Source: Clostridia bacterium
GTDB taxonomy: Bacteria; Bacillota; Clostridia; Oscillospirales; CAG-272
Assembly: GCA_017938885.1 (NCBI GenBank)
Contig: JAGBAS010000022.1
Location: forward strand, 62,144-126,143
Direction of reading: 5' to 3'
Length of the DNA stretch: 64,000 bases
The translations under genes and the position numbers were made by a program. A model generated the notes under the pieces. That model searched no databases, was not told the DNA's origin, and saw nothing but the letters and a program-made list of their open reading frames with translations. Shown here one piece after another: positions 1 through 10,138 of the stretch (position 1 is its first letter; the number at the start of each line of letters is the position of its first letter).

Positions 1-21
1 GGTGAAGGAAACCAAGAAATA

Positions 22-906
22 ATGGCAAAATTTGAGATCACAGAGGAGCTGCTGTCCCAAATCGAAAATCTGCAAATGCTCCTGAAAAACAACGTAGCCG
101 GTATGTTCGGCGGTAACCATAAGAGCCGGACCTACGGCTCCTCCTGCGAGTTTGCCGACTACCGAGACTACGTGGACGGAGACGACACCACCAAGCTGGA
201 TTGGAACGCCTACGCCCGATTCGATAAGCTCTATCTCAAGCTCTTTCTGGACGAGCGGCAGATGCATACCCGTATCTACATAGACGCCAGCCGATCCATG
301 GAGTACGGTGATGCCAAAAAAGCCGAGCGAGCCCTGCTCTACGCCGCCACCGTCGCATATTTGTCTGTTTGCGAGATGGATAAGGTGTCGGTCTACGTTG
401 TGAAGGACAAAACCGTCCGGGAGATCATCCGAGGCATGGTAGGGAAGGAAGCCTTCCTTTCGTCGATCAATAAGCTGGAGGAGATTGTGTTCGATGGCGA
501 CAGCTATCTGAGCGAGGCCATCGTACCCGAGAACGTGGGCTACGGCGACGGTCTTTCGGTCATCATTTCGGATTTTCTGACCGACAATGACTATGAGGCC
601 GCCATTGACCACCTGGTATCCAAGCACCGTGACGTATTCTGCCTCCAGATTTTGTCCATGGATGAGATGAATCCCCAGGCGCGTGGCAAGGTGCACTTCT
701 TCGACTCCGAGAACCCAAGCTTGTTTTATCGTAAAGATATCGACCGTGAGATCGCCAAGGCCTACAAGCGTGCCCTGGAGTATGCCACAAGCCGCATCCG
801 CGACTATTGCAACGCCCGAGGTGCCGATTACCTTCTGGTCTCGGCAGAGGACAAGCCACAGGACGTTCTTTTTGAAAAACTGGTGAATATGGGGGTATTT
901 CAGTGA
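22..906 (+). CDS. DUF58 family protein (vWA-like, normally partnered with a MoxR AAA+ ATPase)
   Basis: 294 aa. The segment SCEFADYRDYVDGDDTTKLDWNAYARFDKLYLKLF is typical of DUF58. Its stop overlaps the GTG start of the next vWA gene (GTGA). Confidence 0.8.
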   Translation: MAKFEITEELLSQIENLQMLLKNNVAGMFGGNHKSRTYGSSCEFADYRDYVDGDDTTKLDWNAYARFDKLYLKLFLDERQMHTRIYIDASRSMEYGDAKKAERALLYAATVAYLSVCEMDKVSVYVVKDKTVREIIRGMVGKEAFLSSINKLEEIVFDGDSYLSEAIVPENVGYGDGLSVIISDFLTDNDYEAAIDHLVSKHRDVFCLQILSMDEMNPQARGKVHFFDSENPSLFYRKDIDREIAKAYKRALEYATSRIRDYCNARGADYLLVSAEDKPQDVLFEKLVNMGVFQ

Positions 907-2780
907 GTTTTCTGTATCCTCTCGGACTCTTGGGTCTGATCGGTATTCCGATTCTGATCCTGGTCTACATCATCAAAAGCAAATATACCGAGCAGACGGT
1001 AGCCTCCACCTACCTCTGGACTCTCTCGGAGCGCTTTATCAAGCGCAAGCGCAGACCCAGCCCGCTGGCAGGCATCATCAGCTTGATTTTACAAATGATC
1101 GCCGTAACCCTCATTTCCATGGCCATTGCCCACCCCGTCATCACCATTCCCGATTCCGCCAAGGAGTATTGCTTCATTCTGGATGGCTCGGGCAGTATGC
1201 ATATGAATGCAGGAATCACGAGTGAGGAAGGGCAGACAGCACCCATCACCCGATTCGACGCGGCTAAATCCGCCATCCGTCAGCGCATCGACGAAGCCAT
1301 GGACGGAAGTCTGTTTACCCTCGTCTACGTCGGTGACACCACAGGGATCCTCTACGAACGCACGGCGGATAAGGAGCAAGCCATTCTTCTGCTGGATGAA
1401 TTGACGCCCGCCTACAATACTTTGAATCTCATTGATGCCATCGGTATTGCGCAGGGCTACTTCAATGAGAACAGCGGCCTCAAGACCATCCTCGTCACCG
1501 ATTCGGATTATGAGACCGCAGAGAACGTCGAGATCGTCAACGTGGCTGAGGCCGTCGAGAATTACAGCCTGTCGGATATCACCTACACGCATTTGGGACA
1601 TACGATCACCGTAACCGGTAAGGTTACCTCCTACGAAAGCGATCGGGATCTGACCTTGCACCTCGCCCTGGACGGCGAAGAGAACCCCGCCGTCACCAAG
1701 ACCGTCGCGGTCAAAGCGGGAGAGCCTACCGTATTTTCTCTGGAGGCCGATGCCGAAGCCTTTTCCTCCCTGTGCATTACCATCGAGGAAAAAGATGCTC
1801 TGCCCTACGACAACGAATACCGCATCCATAACGTAAAGAGCGAGAATTCCTATAACACCCTTCTGGTCAGCGACCGTCCCTTTTTCCTGAAATCGGTACT
1901 GCAAAGCCAACTCAACGCGGATATCGAGGTCATGACTCCCGAGGAGTACGACGGACGGACAGGCTACGGTCTCTACGTATTCGATACCGTCGTCCCCGTC
2001 GATATGACCCTCCCCTCGGACGGTACCGTTTGGATGGTCAATGTGGCGGGTAACGTCGAGGGCTCGGGCTATACCGTGCAGGGAGAGGTTGCCTTGAATA
2101 AAGCAGAGCTACTGTCCCCCTCTACATCCTCTTCCTCCGCCACCCAAAATCTGATGGAGGGACTGAACGGCGGAAATATTTACGTCAAGCGTTACGTAAA
2201 GTGCGGCTTTTACCGTAATTTTACCACGTTGCTTTCCTACAAGGGAAGTCCTGTGGTCTTTGCCGGTGTCACCGAGCTCGGCAACCGCGAGGCGGTCATC
2301 GCCTTTGATCTCCATGACTCAAATCTGCCTTTGATGGCAGATTATACCGTTCTGATCCGCAATCTTCTGCATTTCTCCTTCCCCGATATGATCGAATCCA
2401 CCACCTACGCCTGCGGTGAATCCGCTACCGTCAACATCATTACAAATTGTGAAAGCGTGCGTGTGGAGAGCCCCTCCGGGGAAATCGATTATCTGGATAC
2501 CGATGGCGCAACGGCAGACTTCCGTCTGACGGAGGTTGGACTCTATAAACTGAGCATGACAGTGGCAGGTTCGGTTCGGGAATTCAATATCTGGTCGGCT
2601 ATGCATGAATCCGAATGCGACCCCGCCGTGATTTGTGAATCCGTTAAGCTTGCGGGAGTTGCAACGGACGGTGGATTTAACGGTACCTTTGACCCTATTT
2701 GGATCATTTTTATTACGCTTCTTGTCATATTCCTTGCAGATTGGATGGTGTACTGCTATGAAAAATATCAGCTTCGATAA
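903..2780 (+). CDS. BatA-like membrane protein with a vWA domain
   Basis: GTG start at 903 overlaps the upstream stop. The N-terminus has a two-TM segment resembling the aerotolerance-regulator (BatA) N-terminal domain. MIDAS-like DGSGS in CFILDGSGSMHM. C-terminal TM helix. Confidence 0.7.
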   Translation: MSFLYPLGLLGLIGIPILILVYIIKSKYTEQTVASTYLWTLSERFIKRKRRPSPLAGIISLILQMIAVTLISMAIAHPVITIPDSAKEYCFILDGSGSMHMNAGITSEEGQTAPITRFDAAKSAIRQRIDEAMDGSLFTLVYVGDTTGILYERTADKEQAILLLDELTPAYNTLNLIDAIGIAQGYFNENSGLKTILVTDSDYETAENVEIVNVAEAVENYSLSDITYTHLGHTITVTGKVTSYESDRDLTLHLALDGEENPAVTKTVAVKAGEPTVFSLEADAEAFSSLCITIEEKDALPYDNEYRIHNVKSENSYNTLLVSDRPFFLKSVLQSQLNADIEVMTPEEYDGRTGYGLYVFDTVVPVDMTLPSDGTVWMVNVAGNVEGSGYTVQGEVALNKAELLSPSTSSSSATQNLMEGLNGGNIYVKRYVKCGFYRNFTTLLSYKGSPVVFAGVTELGNREAVIAFDLHDSNLPLMADYTVLIRNLLHFSFPDMIESTTYACGESATVNIITNCESVRVESPSGEIDYLDTDGATADFRLTEVGLYKLSMTVAGSVREFNIWSAMHESECDPAVICESVKLAGVATDGGFNGTFDPIWIIFITLLVIFLADWMVYCYEKYQLR

Positions 2781-5385
2781 TCCGTATCTGCTTCTCCTTA
2801 TCGTACCCCTGCTCCTGGCTATTGTTATTCCCATCATCATTACGATCCGCAAGGAAAACCGTCACCACAGCGTGTTCATCTCCCTGGCGTTGCACATCTT
2901 GATTGCCGCTTGCGTAACCCTCGCCCTGGCAGGAACCATTTACACAACGGTCATAACCGAGACCCAGGTGGTGGTGGTGGCTGATGTGTCCTATTCTGCA
3001 AACCGCAATCTGGATACAGTGGACGCCTACGTACAGGAGATCCAGCAAAAGCTACCCAAGAATTCAAAAATGGCCGTCGTGGTATTCGGCAAGGAAGCAA
3101 AGCTCCTGTCGGATTTTGATGCCGAAACCATCCCTTCGGTAAAGGGAAGCGGAATCGACGACAGCGCTACGGATATCGCCGGTGCGCTGGACTTTGCTGT
3201 GGAGCTGTACGGCGAAGGCGTTATCAAACGCATGATCCTCATTTCCGACGGTAAAGAGACCCACGCCGATGCCGCCGGAAAACTGGTCTCCGCCGTGGAG
3301 AACGTTTATGCAAACGACATCTACATCGACGCCGTGTACATGGATAATAACCTGGCGGAGGATCAGAAGGAGGTTCAAATCTCCGACGTTGAATACGCCG
3401 CTTCTACTTATATGAATCACGAGGCATCGGCCGAGGTGCTGATCCGATCCAGTTACGACACAGGTGCGATCGCTGTCCTCTACGTGGAGGGTGAACGCGT
3501 CAGCAATCAAGCGATCAAGCTGCAAAAGGGATACAATATTATCAGCATCGACCTGCCTACTGGCTCTACGGGGCGGTATGACTATCGCGTGGCCCTCTCT
3601 GCCGACGGTGATTACTGTACCTCGAATAATACCTATGATTTCACCCAGAATATCGTCGCAAGCCTGAACGTCCTGCTGGTTACCGGAAACGAAGCCGATG
3701 TGGAGCGTGCGCAGAGTCTCTACGGTGACAAGGCTGAAATCGATGTTTTTCTGAAGGATCCCAACGTCCCCTGCACCGTGGAAGAGCTTTGCAAATACGA
3801 TGAGATCCTGATCTCCGATATCGATATCCGCGAGCTTAACAACTACACAGCCTTTATTGACGGTATCGAGAAGGTAGTTTCCCGTTTCGGAAAATCGCTG
3901 GTTACCATGGGAGATCTGAAGATCCAGAACAAATCCGACGATATCCTGCGGGCTCTGGAGGATATGCTACCCGTCAAATACGGGAACAGCGACCAGGATC
4001 CGAAGCTCTATGCCATTGTTCTGGACACATCCCGCAGTATGCAGAACTTCTCTCGCCTCAAAATTGCCAAACAGGCCGCCATCCAGCTACTCAATATGCT
4101 CTCTGACGAGGATTACGTCATGGTGGTAAATTTCTGGGGAGAGATCAACGTTCTCCAGTCTCCCATCAAGGCGGTGAACCGTGAAGAGATTGCAGAGCTC
4201 ATCAACGCTATCCAGCCGTATCAGGGAACCGTCATCGGTACCGCCCTGGATAAAGCGGGCGACCTTATGATCGACATGGCTTACGACGATAAACAGATCA
4301 TGCTCATATCGGATGGTATGTCCTATACGCTGGAAAGCGACACCCCTGCCGACGTTGTAGAGAAACTCCATGATAACGGCATCACCACCTCGGTTATCCA
4401 TCCCGCCGCCCGCGAAGAGGGTATGGAAACCTTGAAGGGCATTGCCGAAGCCGGCGGAGGCGGATACTTCGAGATCCTGCGGGAGGAAGACCTCCTGGAG
4501 ATCATGTTCTCGGAGATTGCAGACGATCTGACCCAATCGGTCATTGAAGAACAGACCCCTGTCCACATCAAACGGGAGCATGATACCGTGCTGAACGGTC
4601 TTCCTGCGCTCCCCGACGTTATGGGCTACGCATATGCAAAGGCAAAGGCCTCGGCAAATACGGTTCTGACCGTGGATTTCGTCAAATCCAGCGGAAATAC
4701 CGTGGAAGCTCCCCTGTACGCCTACTGGACGTATGGAAACGGCCGTGTGGCCAGCTTCACATCCAGCTTTTCGGGCGAATGGACGTCCACCTGGCAGAAC
4801 GACAGCGGTGATCGTTTCTTTGAAAACGTACTGGTGTCGAATACCCCCGCCGAGCGCATCGATTATCCCTACACCATCGACGTGCAGTACGACGGCGCCT
4901 ATTCCCGCGTAGAGATCATCCCCGTTGTTCTCAATCCCTACGCTACCACAGACGTAACCGTAACCCTTCCCGACGGAAGCGAGATCACCGAACGCCTCAC
5001 CTTCGATTCAACGCGGTATTTCTATTCCTTCGAGACGCCCCAAAGAGGGCGCTACCTCATTCGGGTACATTATGCCTACGCAGATAAGACCTTTGAGTCT
5101 GAATCTGCCTTCCACCTCGGATATGCTCCCGAATACGATGCCTTCGCTGTCTTTGATCCCGCCTCCCTCCATGCCGCCATCCGAAACCGCGGTACGGTTT
5201 CCGAGGGCTTTATCCCCGAGCTGGTCAACGACGATAAGGAGGTCGCCACCTATATCGTCCGCTTCACAGCCCCTCTGATGATCGCCGCCGTTGCTCTCTA
5301 CGTCATCGACATCATCATTCGTAAGCTGAGATGGCACGATATCAAGAGCTTTTTCAGCATCAAGAAGAAAGGAGGAAGCAAGTAA
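2758..5385 (+). CDS. membrane protein with two vWA domains (Bat-like)
   Basis: Start moved from the ORF-track 2635 to ATG 2758 (MKNISFDNPYLLLLIVPLL), because the upstream part lies inside the previous CDS. Two DxSxS MIDAS-like motifs (ADVSYSANRN, VLDTSRSMQN). C-terminal TM helix plus a basic tail. Confidence 0.7.
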   Translation: MKNISFDNPYLLLLIVPLLLAIVIPIIITIRKENRHHSVFISLALHILIAACVTLALAGTIYTTVITETQVVVVADVSYSANRNLDTVDAYVQEIQQKLPKNSKMAVVVFGKEAKLLSDFDAETIPSVKGSGIDDSATDIAGALDFAVELYGEGVIKRMILISDGKETHADAAGKLVSAVENVYANDIYIDAVYMDNNLAEDQKEVQISDVEYAASTYMNHEASAEVLIRSSYDTGAIAVLYVEGERVSNQAIKLQKGYNIISIDLPTGSTGRYDYRVALSADGDYCTSNNTYDFTQNIVASLNVLLVTGNEADVERAQSLYGDKAEIDVFLKDPNVPCTVEELCKYDEILISDIDIRELNNYTAFIDGIEKVVSRFGKSLVTMGDLKIQNKSDDILRALEDMLPVKYGNSDQDPKLYAIVLDTSRSMQNFSRLKIAKQAAIQLLNMLSDEDYVMVVNFWGEINVLQSPIKAVNREEIAELINAIQPYQGTVIGTALDKAGDLMIDMAYDDKQIMLISDGMSYTLESDTPADVVEKLHDNGITTSVIHPAAREEGMETLKGIAEAGGGGYFEILREEDLLEIMFSEIADDLTQSVIEEQTPVHIKREHDTVLNGLPALPDVMGYAYAKAKASANTVLTVDFVKSSGNTVEAPLYAYWTYGNGRVASFTSSFSGEWTSTWQNDSGDRFFENVLVSNTPAERIDYPYTIDVQYDGAYSRVEIIPVVLNPYATTDVTVTLPDGSEITERLTFDSTRYFYSFETPQRGRYLIRVHYAYADKTFESESAFHLGYAPEYDAFAVFDPASLHAAIRNRGTVSEGFIPELVNDDKEVATYIVRFTAPLMIAAVALYVIDIIIRKLRWHDIKSFFSIKKKGGSK

Positions 5386-6984
5386 ATGAAGCTAAAACTG
5401 CTGAAATGCCTGCCCCTGCTCATAGCCTTGACTCTCCTCCTGGGAGCCTGCGGGGAGTATAATCCCGCCGTGAAAAACCCCGGCAATCAACACGAAACCG
5501 ATGCGGAAACCGGGAACGGAGAGGTCGTTACCGACGAGAACGGAGACGTGGATACGAATCCCTTTACCGTAACCCTTACGGTAGACGGAGAGGTCTATAT
5601 CCCCTCTGATGAACATCCCATCTCGGTACAATGGAACGATGGCTATTCAATCCACACAGCTCCCGTCGGAAAAGACGGCACCGCTCGTGTCGGAGGATTG
5701 GACGGAGACTACCGCATCCGTTTGACCGCCATCCCCGAGGGCTATACCTACAATCCCAATGTTTATACTGCCACCAATAACCAGCGTAACGTGGAGATCG
5801 AGCTGTACAAGATCGTGACCACGCGTGGCCATGGCGATCAGCTCTATAATGCCATTGAGATCAAGAACACAGGGCTTTACTGTGTGGAGCTGACATCGCC
5901 TACCCACGAAGTATTCTTCGAGTTTGCTCCTCCCAAGAGCGGTACGTACTCCATGGAATCCTGGATGGATACCGTTGAAAATAAGGTCAATCCCCAGGCA
6001 AAATTCTATGGAGCCAACCGCTTCTTTAAGCAGTATCAATACACCTCAGATAATGGCGGAGCCGAGGGAACCTACACCAGAAACTTCAAGCTGGACGTGC
6101 AGATCGCCGACGAGATGATCTCGGACAGCGGTCAGGTCACCTTCAGCTTTGGTGTCCTCTCCAGCTCGACCGATAATCAGTATCCCATCAAGGTCTACTT
6201 CGCCATCACCCTGGACGGTGAGTTTTCTCTGAACCTCTCCAATGCCCAGATGATGTACCCCGCCGACGAGCATCTGGAACGTGCTCCCGAATACGACAAG
6301 AATCAATACGAATTCGTAGGAGCTGAATTTGCGCAGACTGTGGGAAGTAATACTGCCAACGTCTTTGACGGAAAGAATTACAAGCTCTGGCCCATTTCCG
6401 AGGGCGGCGATAATTATTATCACCTTTACGATGAGACCCAATACCCCGAAACGCACGGCTACGGCCCCGTCCTGTATGCCTACGTTTCCTCTCCCTGCCG
6501 ATTCATGGACGCTTCCTTCACCACCGTGGAGCAGCGGGGAAACAAGGCTTTGACGGTCTCAAGCGGCACCGAAAACTACAAGCTCTTCATCGAAGGCTTC
6601 GGAAGCCTCGTCGTGGATCCTCCCGGAGACAACGGACCTTACTTCTGTGTCACCAATTGTCCCTGCCGAGAAAACAACACCTGTGAAAGTGCCCAGCTTG
6701 GTTACGCCAACGGTGCTTGCTCGGATGCCTGTGACAAGTGCCACGTAGACTGCCGCCGCTGTCCGAAAGAAGCCTTTGGCATGAGCGGCTATGGCGATTA
6801 CTGCAATTCCGACGGTGTTGCCGCCGTTACCGAGGAGTTGAAGCAATTCCTCCAGAAGTATAGCGTAAACCAGCTTCTGTTCTTCGATGGCAATGGCTTC
6901 GTGGAGACCAACCCCTCAGTATCGGTCTACGCGGCAGAGGACGACCAATGGCTGTTTGCCTGCGGATACTACAAAGAGAAATAA
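5386..6984 (+). CDS. lipoprotein, function unknown (Cys-rich C-terminal region)
   Basis: ATG directly abuts the previous stop (TAAATG). Signal peptide with lipobox LLGAC. Beta-sandwich-like segments (DGDYRIRLTAIPEGYTY). Cys-rich stretch CVTNCPCRENNTCES...CSDACDKCHVDCRRCP. Confidence 0.7.
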   Translation: MKLKLLKCLPLLIALTLLLGACGEYNPAVKNPGNQHETDAETGNGEVVTDENGDVDTNPFTVTLTVDGEVYIPSDEHPISVQWNDGYSIHTAPVGKDGTARVGGLDGDYRIRLTAIPEGYTYNPNVYTATNNQRNVEIELYKIVTTRGHGDQLYNAIEIKNTGLYCVELTSPTHEVFFEFAPPKSGTYSMESWMDTVENKVNPQAKFYGANRFFKQYQYTSDNGGAEGTYTRNFKLDVQIADEMISDSGQVTFSFGVLSSSTDNQYPIKVYFAITLDGEFSLNLSNAQMMYPADEHLERAPEYDKNQYEFVGAEFAQTVGSNTANVFDGKNYKLWPISEGGDNYYHLYDETQYPETHGYGPVLYAYVSSPCRFMDASFTTVEQRGNKALTVSSGTENYKLFIEGFGSLVVDPPGDNGPYFCVTNCPCRENNTCESAQLGYANGACSDACDKCHVDCRRCPKEAFGMSGYGDYCNSDGVAAVTEELKQFLQKYSVNQLLFFDGNGFVETNPSVSVYAAEDDQWLFACGYYKEK

Positions 6985-7016
6985 AAACAAAGAGAAATGA
7001 CAGGAGATATACCCCA

Positions 7017-10000
7017 ATGAAAAAGGTATTTGCTCTGCTCATCATTCTGACTCTGGTTCTTGCGGTCTTCGCCGCTTGCGACAGGAATGAAGAGCCCCCC
7101 CATGAACACACCTACGATTCGGTCTGGCTCTATGACGAGACCCAGCATTGGCACGCAGCTACCTGTGAACACGCAGAGCTGGAATCCGACCGTGCCGACC
7201 ACGTCGATAACGACGGCAACGATATTTGCGACGTTTGCGGCTATATCGCCGACCACACTCACTCCTACGACGAAGGCTGGACCTGGAACGAGTCCACCCA
7301 CTGGCATAAGTCTGCCTGTGGTCATAATGTCAAGGACGGCGAGGCCAAGCACGCCGATGACAATAATGACTCTGTCTGCGACGTGTGTACATACGACTAC
7401 GATCACACCCACACCTACGATGCTTCGTGGGTCTCGGTGGGGGAGAACGGCCACTGGCACGCCCCCAACTGCGGACACAGCGTTGATGGTACGGACCTGA
7501 CGCCTCATGCCGACGAGAACAACGACGGTGACTGTGACGTTTGCGGCGAGAACGGAGGTCACGAGCATACCTATGCCGACTCCTTTACGACTACGGACGA
7601 CGAGCACTGGCGGGAGGTTACCTGCGGTCACGATATTCCCGTTGCCGATAAGGGCGTCCATATCGACGATAACGGCGATACCGTCTGTGACACCTGCGGT
7701 TATACGCCTCCTCACTTCCATACCTTTGCGAATACCCTCGCCTCCGACGCATCGAGCCATTGGTATCCCTCTACCTGCGGCCACGACGTCAAAAAGGATG
7801 AGGCCCCCCACAGCGGTCACGAGGAGGACGGTGTTTGCGACGCTTGTGCATACGTCGTATTCCACCTCTACACGGTAAACGTCACTGTTCCCGCCTACGT
7901 AACGGTCTATGCACCCGACGGGCGCGAGTCTTCTTCCTTTATCGTGAAGGAGAATACTCCCGTTACCTTCAAGCTGGCTGTTCCCACCTATGCTGAAATC
8001 GTGAAAATCAACGGTGCCAAGCAGGATGGCAAGCCCACCCTTGAGGGAGAATACAATATTTACACGGTCAAGCTGGACGGTGTTACCGCCGAGCATACTG
8101 TAACCGTCGTTGGCAATAAGCTGTCTGCCATTGAAATGATCGTAGAGAACGGGCAGGGAAGCCTGGATATCGTTGGCATGTTCAAGTACGCATATCAGGA
8201 TATCACCTTCGAGGCCCCCACAGCCGGTCGATACATGATCTTCTCCACCACTCACGAAACAGTGCAGTTCGGTATTGGTGAGATCAACGAAGAGGACGGC
8301 TACCCCATCTACAAAAAGGTCTATTTCATGGACATCGTCGAGCCCGGTACGGTCAGCCTCCAGTCCCGCTATTTCCCCATGTTGGTTCCCGATGGTGGTA
8401 AGCTGGACTACACCTACATAGTCGCCAAAGTGGACAGCGAAATTACCCTTTCTTCCCTTAAGGCGGACGGCTACACCCTGCCTACCAATTCGGACGTGAC
8501 CATCTACTTCACCGCTCCCAAGGCCGGCCGTTACCAGATCAGCTCCTCCACCCTTGGCATGGCCTGGAACGACTATATCCAGGATTCCATCGTGGTTACA
8601 GCTACCGAGGATAATCAGCTGATGTCCTTCACGGTGCGTTATGAGAACACGAATGTCCCCTCCTTTGTCTTCGATTGCAACATTGTCTCTATGGAGGCAG
8701 TACCCCTGAACGAGGGTGACAATACGGTAACGGCTCCCTACGGCTCCTATTTTGCCATCTCGGTAACCGCATCCCAGGCCGGCTCCTACATGGTGCAGAC
8801 CTTGAATCCCTACATCAGTTTCTATATCTGGAACGAAACGACCGCCACTATGAACAGCTGTGGCTCCACCTATACCAAGCAGAACATGAGAAAGGGCGAT
8901 AAGTTCGTGCTCTACGTTACGGTGGATATCTACGACTACGATGGTACCGACGATATCACCGACACCGTCACAGTTGCATACCTTGGATACATCCCTCAAA
9001 TGGGCGCAGACGGCTATGGTGCGCAGGTGGGTGCTACCAACAGCTACATCAGTGAATATGAAGCCTCCGACTTCATTCTTTCGGTCTCGGGAGGCGATCA
9101 GATCAGTGTGGACAACGGTCAGACATGGCACACCTCCATCCAAGTATCTGTGCCTGCCGCAGGCTCCATTACCTACATGGTGCAGTCTGCAAGTGGCTCT
9201 GATACCGTCAAAGTCCAGATTGAGCGTATTGCCTACGAATTCAATTTAAGCGTGGGCACCCAGACCCAGTCCATGATTCCCGATAAGGAGTATATCGTAC
9301 ATCTGAGCGGAAGTGCCGATCCTGCTTACTACGTTAGCTATGTTCTGAGCTGGAATAACCCCGACGTGCTGATCTCCTACAACGGACAGCTCTTGAATGC
9401 GGGAGATACCGTGTCCAATTACAGCGAGTACTACAGCCTCATCGTAGTCTATAACGGCACCTCTGCCGCAGATATCGAGTTTACCGTCACCGATCCTTAC
9501 ACGGGAAGCAGCGGAAATACACCTGTGGGATCGTCTGTACTGAATATTGGCTATAACCTCATTGGCGTCACCGTTGAGAACTTCTACTGTGCAGGAACGA
9601 CCGTGACCTTCACGGCACCGGCTAACGGCACCTATACTCTTTCGGCCGCTTCAGGTGAGGCTAACGCCGATGTATACATTTCGAGCGAGGGTGTGACCGA
9701 GTCCCTGTCTCTGCCTTATACCTTTACCGTCGCGAAGGGCGAGACTGTGACCTTCCTGGTCGCCACTACCGCATACATGACCCTCACAGAGGATACCATT
9801 GATCTCAAGCTGGAGCGTATCCCCACAGGAACGGTCGATAACGCCGCTGTTAATGGCATCTATAACGTCAATTTCATCATGGAAGGTATGTACGTTCTGA
9901 CCTTTACCGATGGCGTACTGAGTATCCAGGACAACAATATGGGGGATGCCACGGGCACATACAGCTACTACTACACCGCCGCAGACGGTGTGGTCGTCAC

Positions 10001-10109
10001 CACGACCGACGGTGCGGCCTGTGATATTGTGATCGAGATCGACGCCGATATGAATATGACCTTTAAGTGCTCGGGCCTCGCCACGGCACAACCCCTGATC
10101 GCCTCTTGA
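7017..10109 (+). CDS. large lipoprotein with five N-terminal His/Cys-rich repeats, function unknown
   Basis: Start set at ATG 7017 (MKKVFALLIILTLVLAVFAAC, lipobox) with AGGAG about 10 nt upstream. Five repeats of about 50 aa are followed by repeated beta-sandwich-like units carrying the recurring motif F-x-A-P-x-A-G-x-Y. Confidence 0.7.
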   Translation: MKKVFALLIILTLVLAVFAACDRNEEPPHEHTYDSVWLYDETQHWHAATCEHAELESDRADHVDNDGNDICDVCGYIADHTHSYDEGWTWNESTHWHKSACGHNVKDGEAKHADDNNDSVCDVCTYDYDHTHTYDASWVSVGENGHWHAPNCGHSVDGTDLTPHADENNDGDCDVCGENGGHEHTYADSFTTTDDEHWREVTCGHDIPVADKGVHIDDNGDTVCDTCGYTPPHFHTFANTLASDASSHWYPSTCGHDVKKDEAPHSGHEEDGVCDACAYVVFHLYTVNVTVPAYVTVYAPDGRESSSFIVKENTPVTFKLAVPTYAEIVKINGAKQDGKPTLEGEYNIYTVKLDGVTAEHTVTVVGNKLSAIEMIVENGQGSLDIVGMFKYAYQDITFEAPTAGRYMIFSTTHETVQFGIGEINEEDGYPIYKKVYFMDIVEPGTVSLQSRYFPMLVPDGGKLDYTYIVAKVDSEITLSSLKADGYTLPTNSDVTIYFTAPKAGRYQISSSTLGMAWNDYIQDSIVVTATEDNQLMSFTVRYENTNVPSFVFDCNIVSMEAVPLNEGDNTVTAPYGSYFAISVTASQAGSYMVQTLNPYISFYIWNETTATMNSCGSTYTKQNMRKGDKFVLYVTVDIYDYDGTDDITDTVTVAYLGYIPQMGADGYGAQVGATNSYISEYEASDFILSVSGGDQISVDNGQTWHTSIQVSVPAAGSITYMVQSASGSDTVKVQIERIAYEFNLSVGTQTQSMIPDKEYIVHLSGSADPAYYVSYVLSWNNPDVLISYNGQLLNAGDTVSNYSEYYSLIVVYNGTSAADIEFTVTDPYTGSSGNTPVGSSVLNIGYNLIGVTVENFYCAGTTVTFTAPANGTYTLSAASGEANADVYISSEGVTESLSLPYTFTVAKGETVTFLVATTAYMTLTEDTIDLKLERIPTGTVDNAAVNGIYNVNFIMEGMYVLTFTDGVLSIQDNNMGDATGTYSYYYTAADGVVVTTTDGAACDIVIEIDADMNMTFKCSGLATAQPLIAS
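7101..7853 (+). repeat. five tandem protein-level repeats of about 50 aa, His/Cys-rich
   Basis: Each unit reads H-x-H-[TS]-[YF] ... H-W-x(3-4)-C-[GE]-H ... H-x-[DG]-x-[NE]-x-D-x-x-C-D-x-C. Example: HTHSYDEGWTWNESTHWHKSACGHNVKDGEAKHADDNNDSVCDVCTYDYD. Confidence 0.85.
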
Positions 10110-10138
10110 TCGACCTTGTAAGAGAAAGGGAACCAATT

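Noticed and set aside
2635-2757. Upstream extension of the second vWA gene (ORF-track start at 2635). Similar 5-prime extensions occur at 6948, 10067, 14036, 17047, 29989, 38310, 40409, 50835 and 51489.
   Set aside because: The extensions overlap the preceding CDS or a mapped promoter and lack an RBS. Internal ATGs are preceded by AGGAGG-type sites and begin with signal peptides or conserved N-termini.
7101-7853. Reading the His/Cys repeats as c-type heme-binding sites or as a DNA-level tandem repeat (VNTR).
   Set aside because: No CXXCH motif occurs. The CxxC is followed by G/T/A-Y/E, and the Cys-Gly-His has no paired Cys two residues upstream. The nucleotide copies are too diverged to be a recent tandem DNA repeat.
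6969-9143. 724-aa ORF antisense to the large lipoprotein gene. Similar long antisense ORFs occur at 15121-16212, 25665-27491, 28442-29719, 33138-34361, 38820-39860, 52502-54223, 58425-59456, 59152-60450 and 62076-63227.
   Set aside because: All lie opposite well-supported genes with recognisable motifs. Their translations are low-complexity (G/V/D/H/R-rich), lack RBS and promoter signals, and some span two genes. These are typical shadow ORFs of GC-rich coding DNA.
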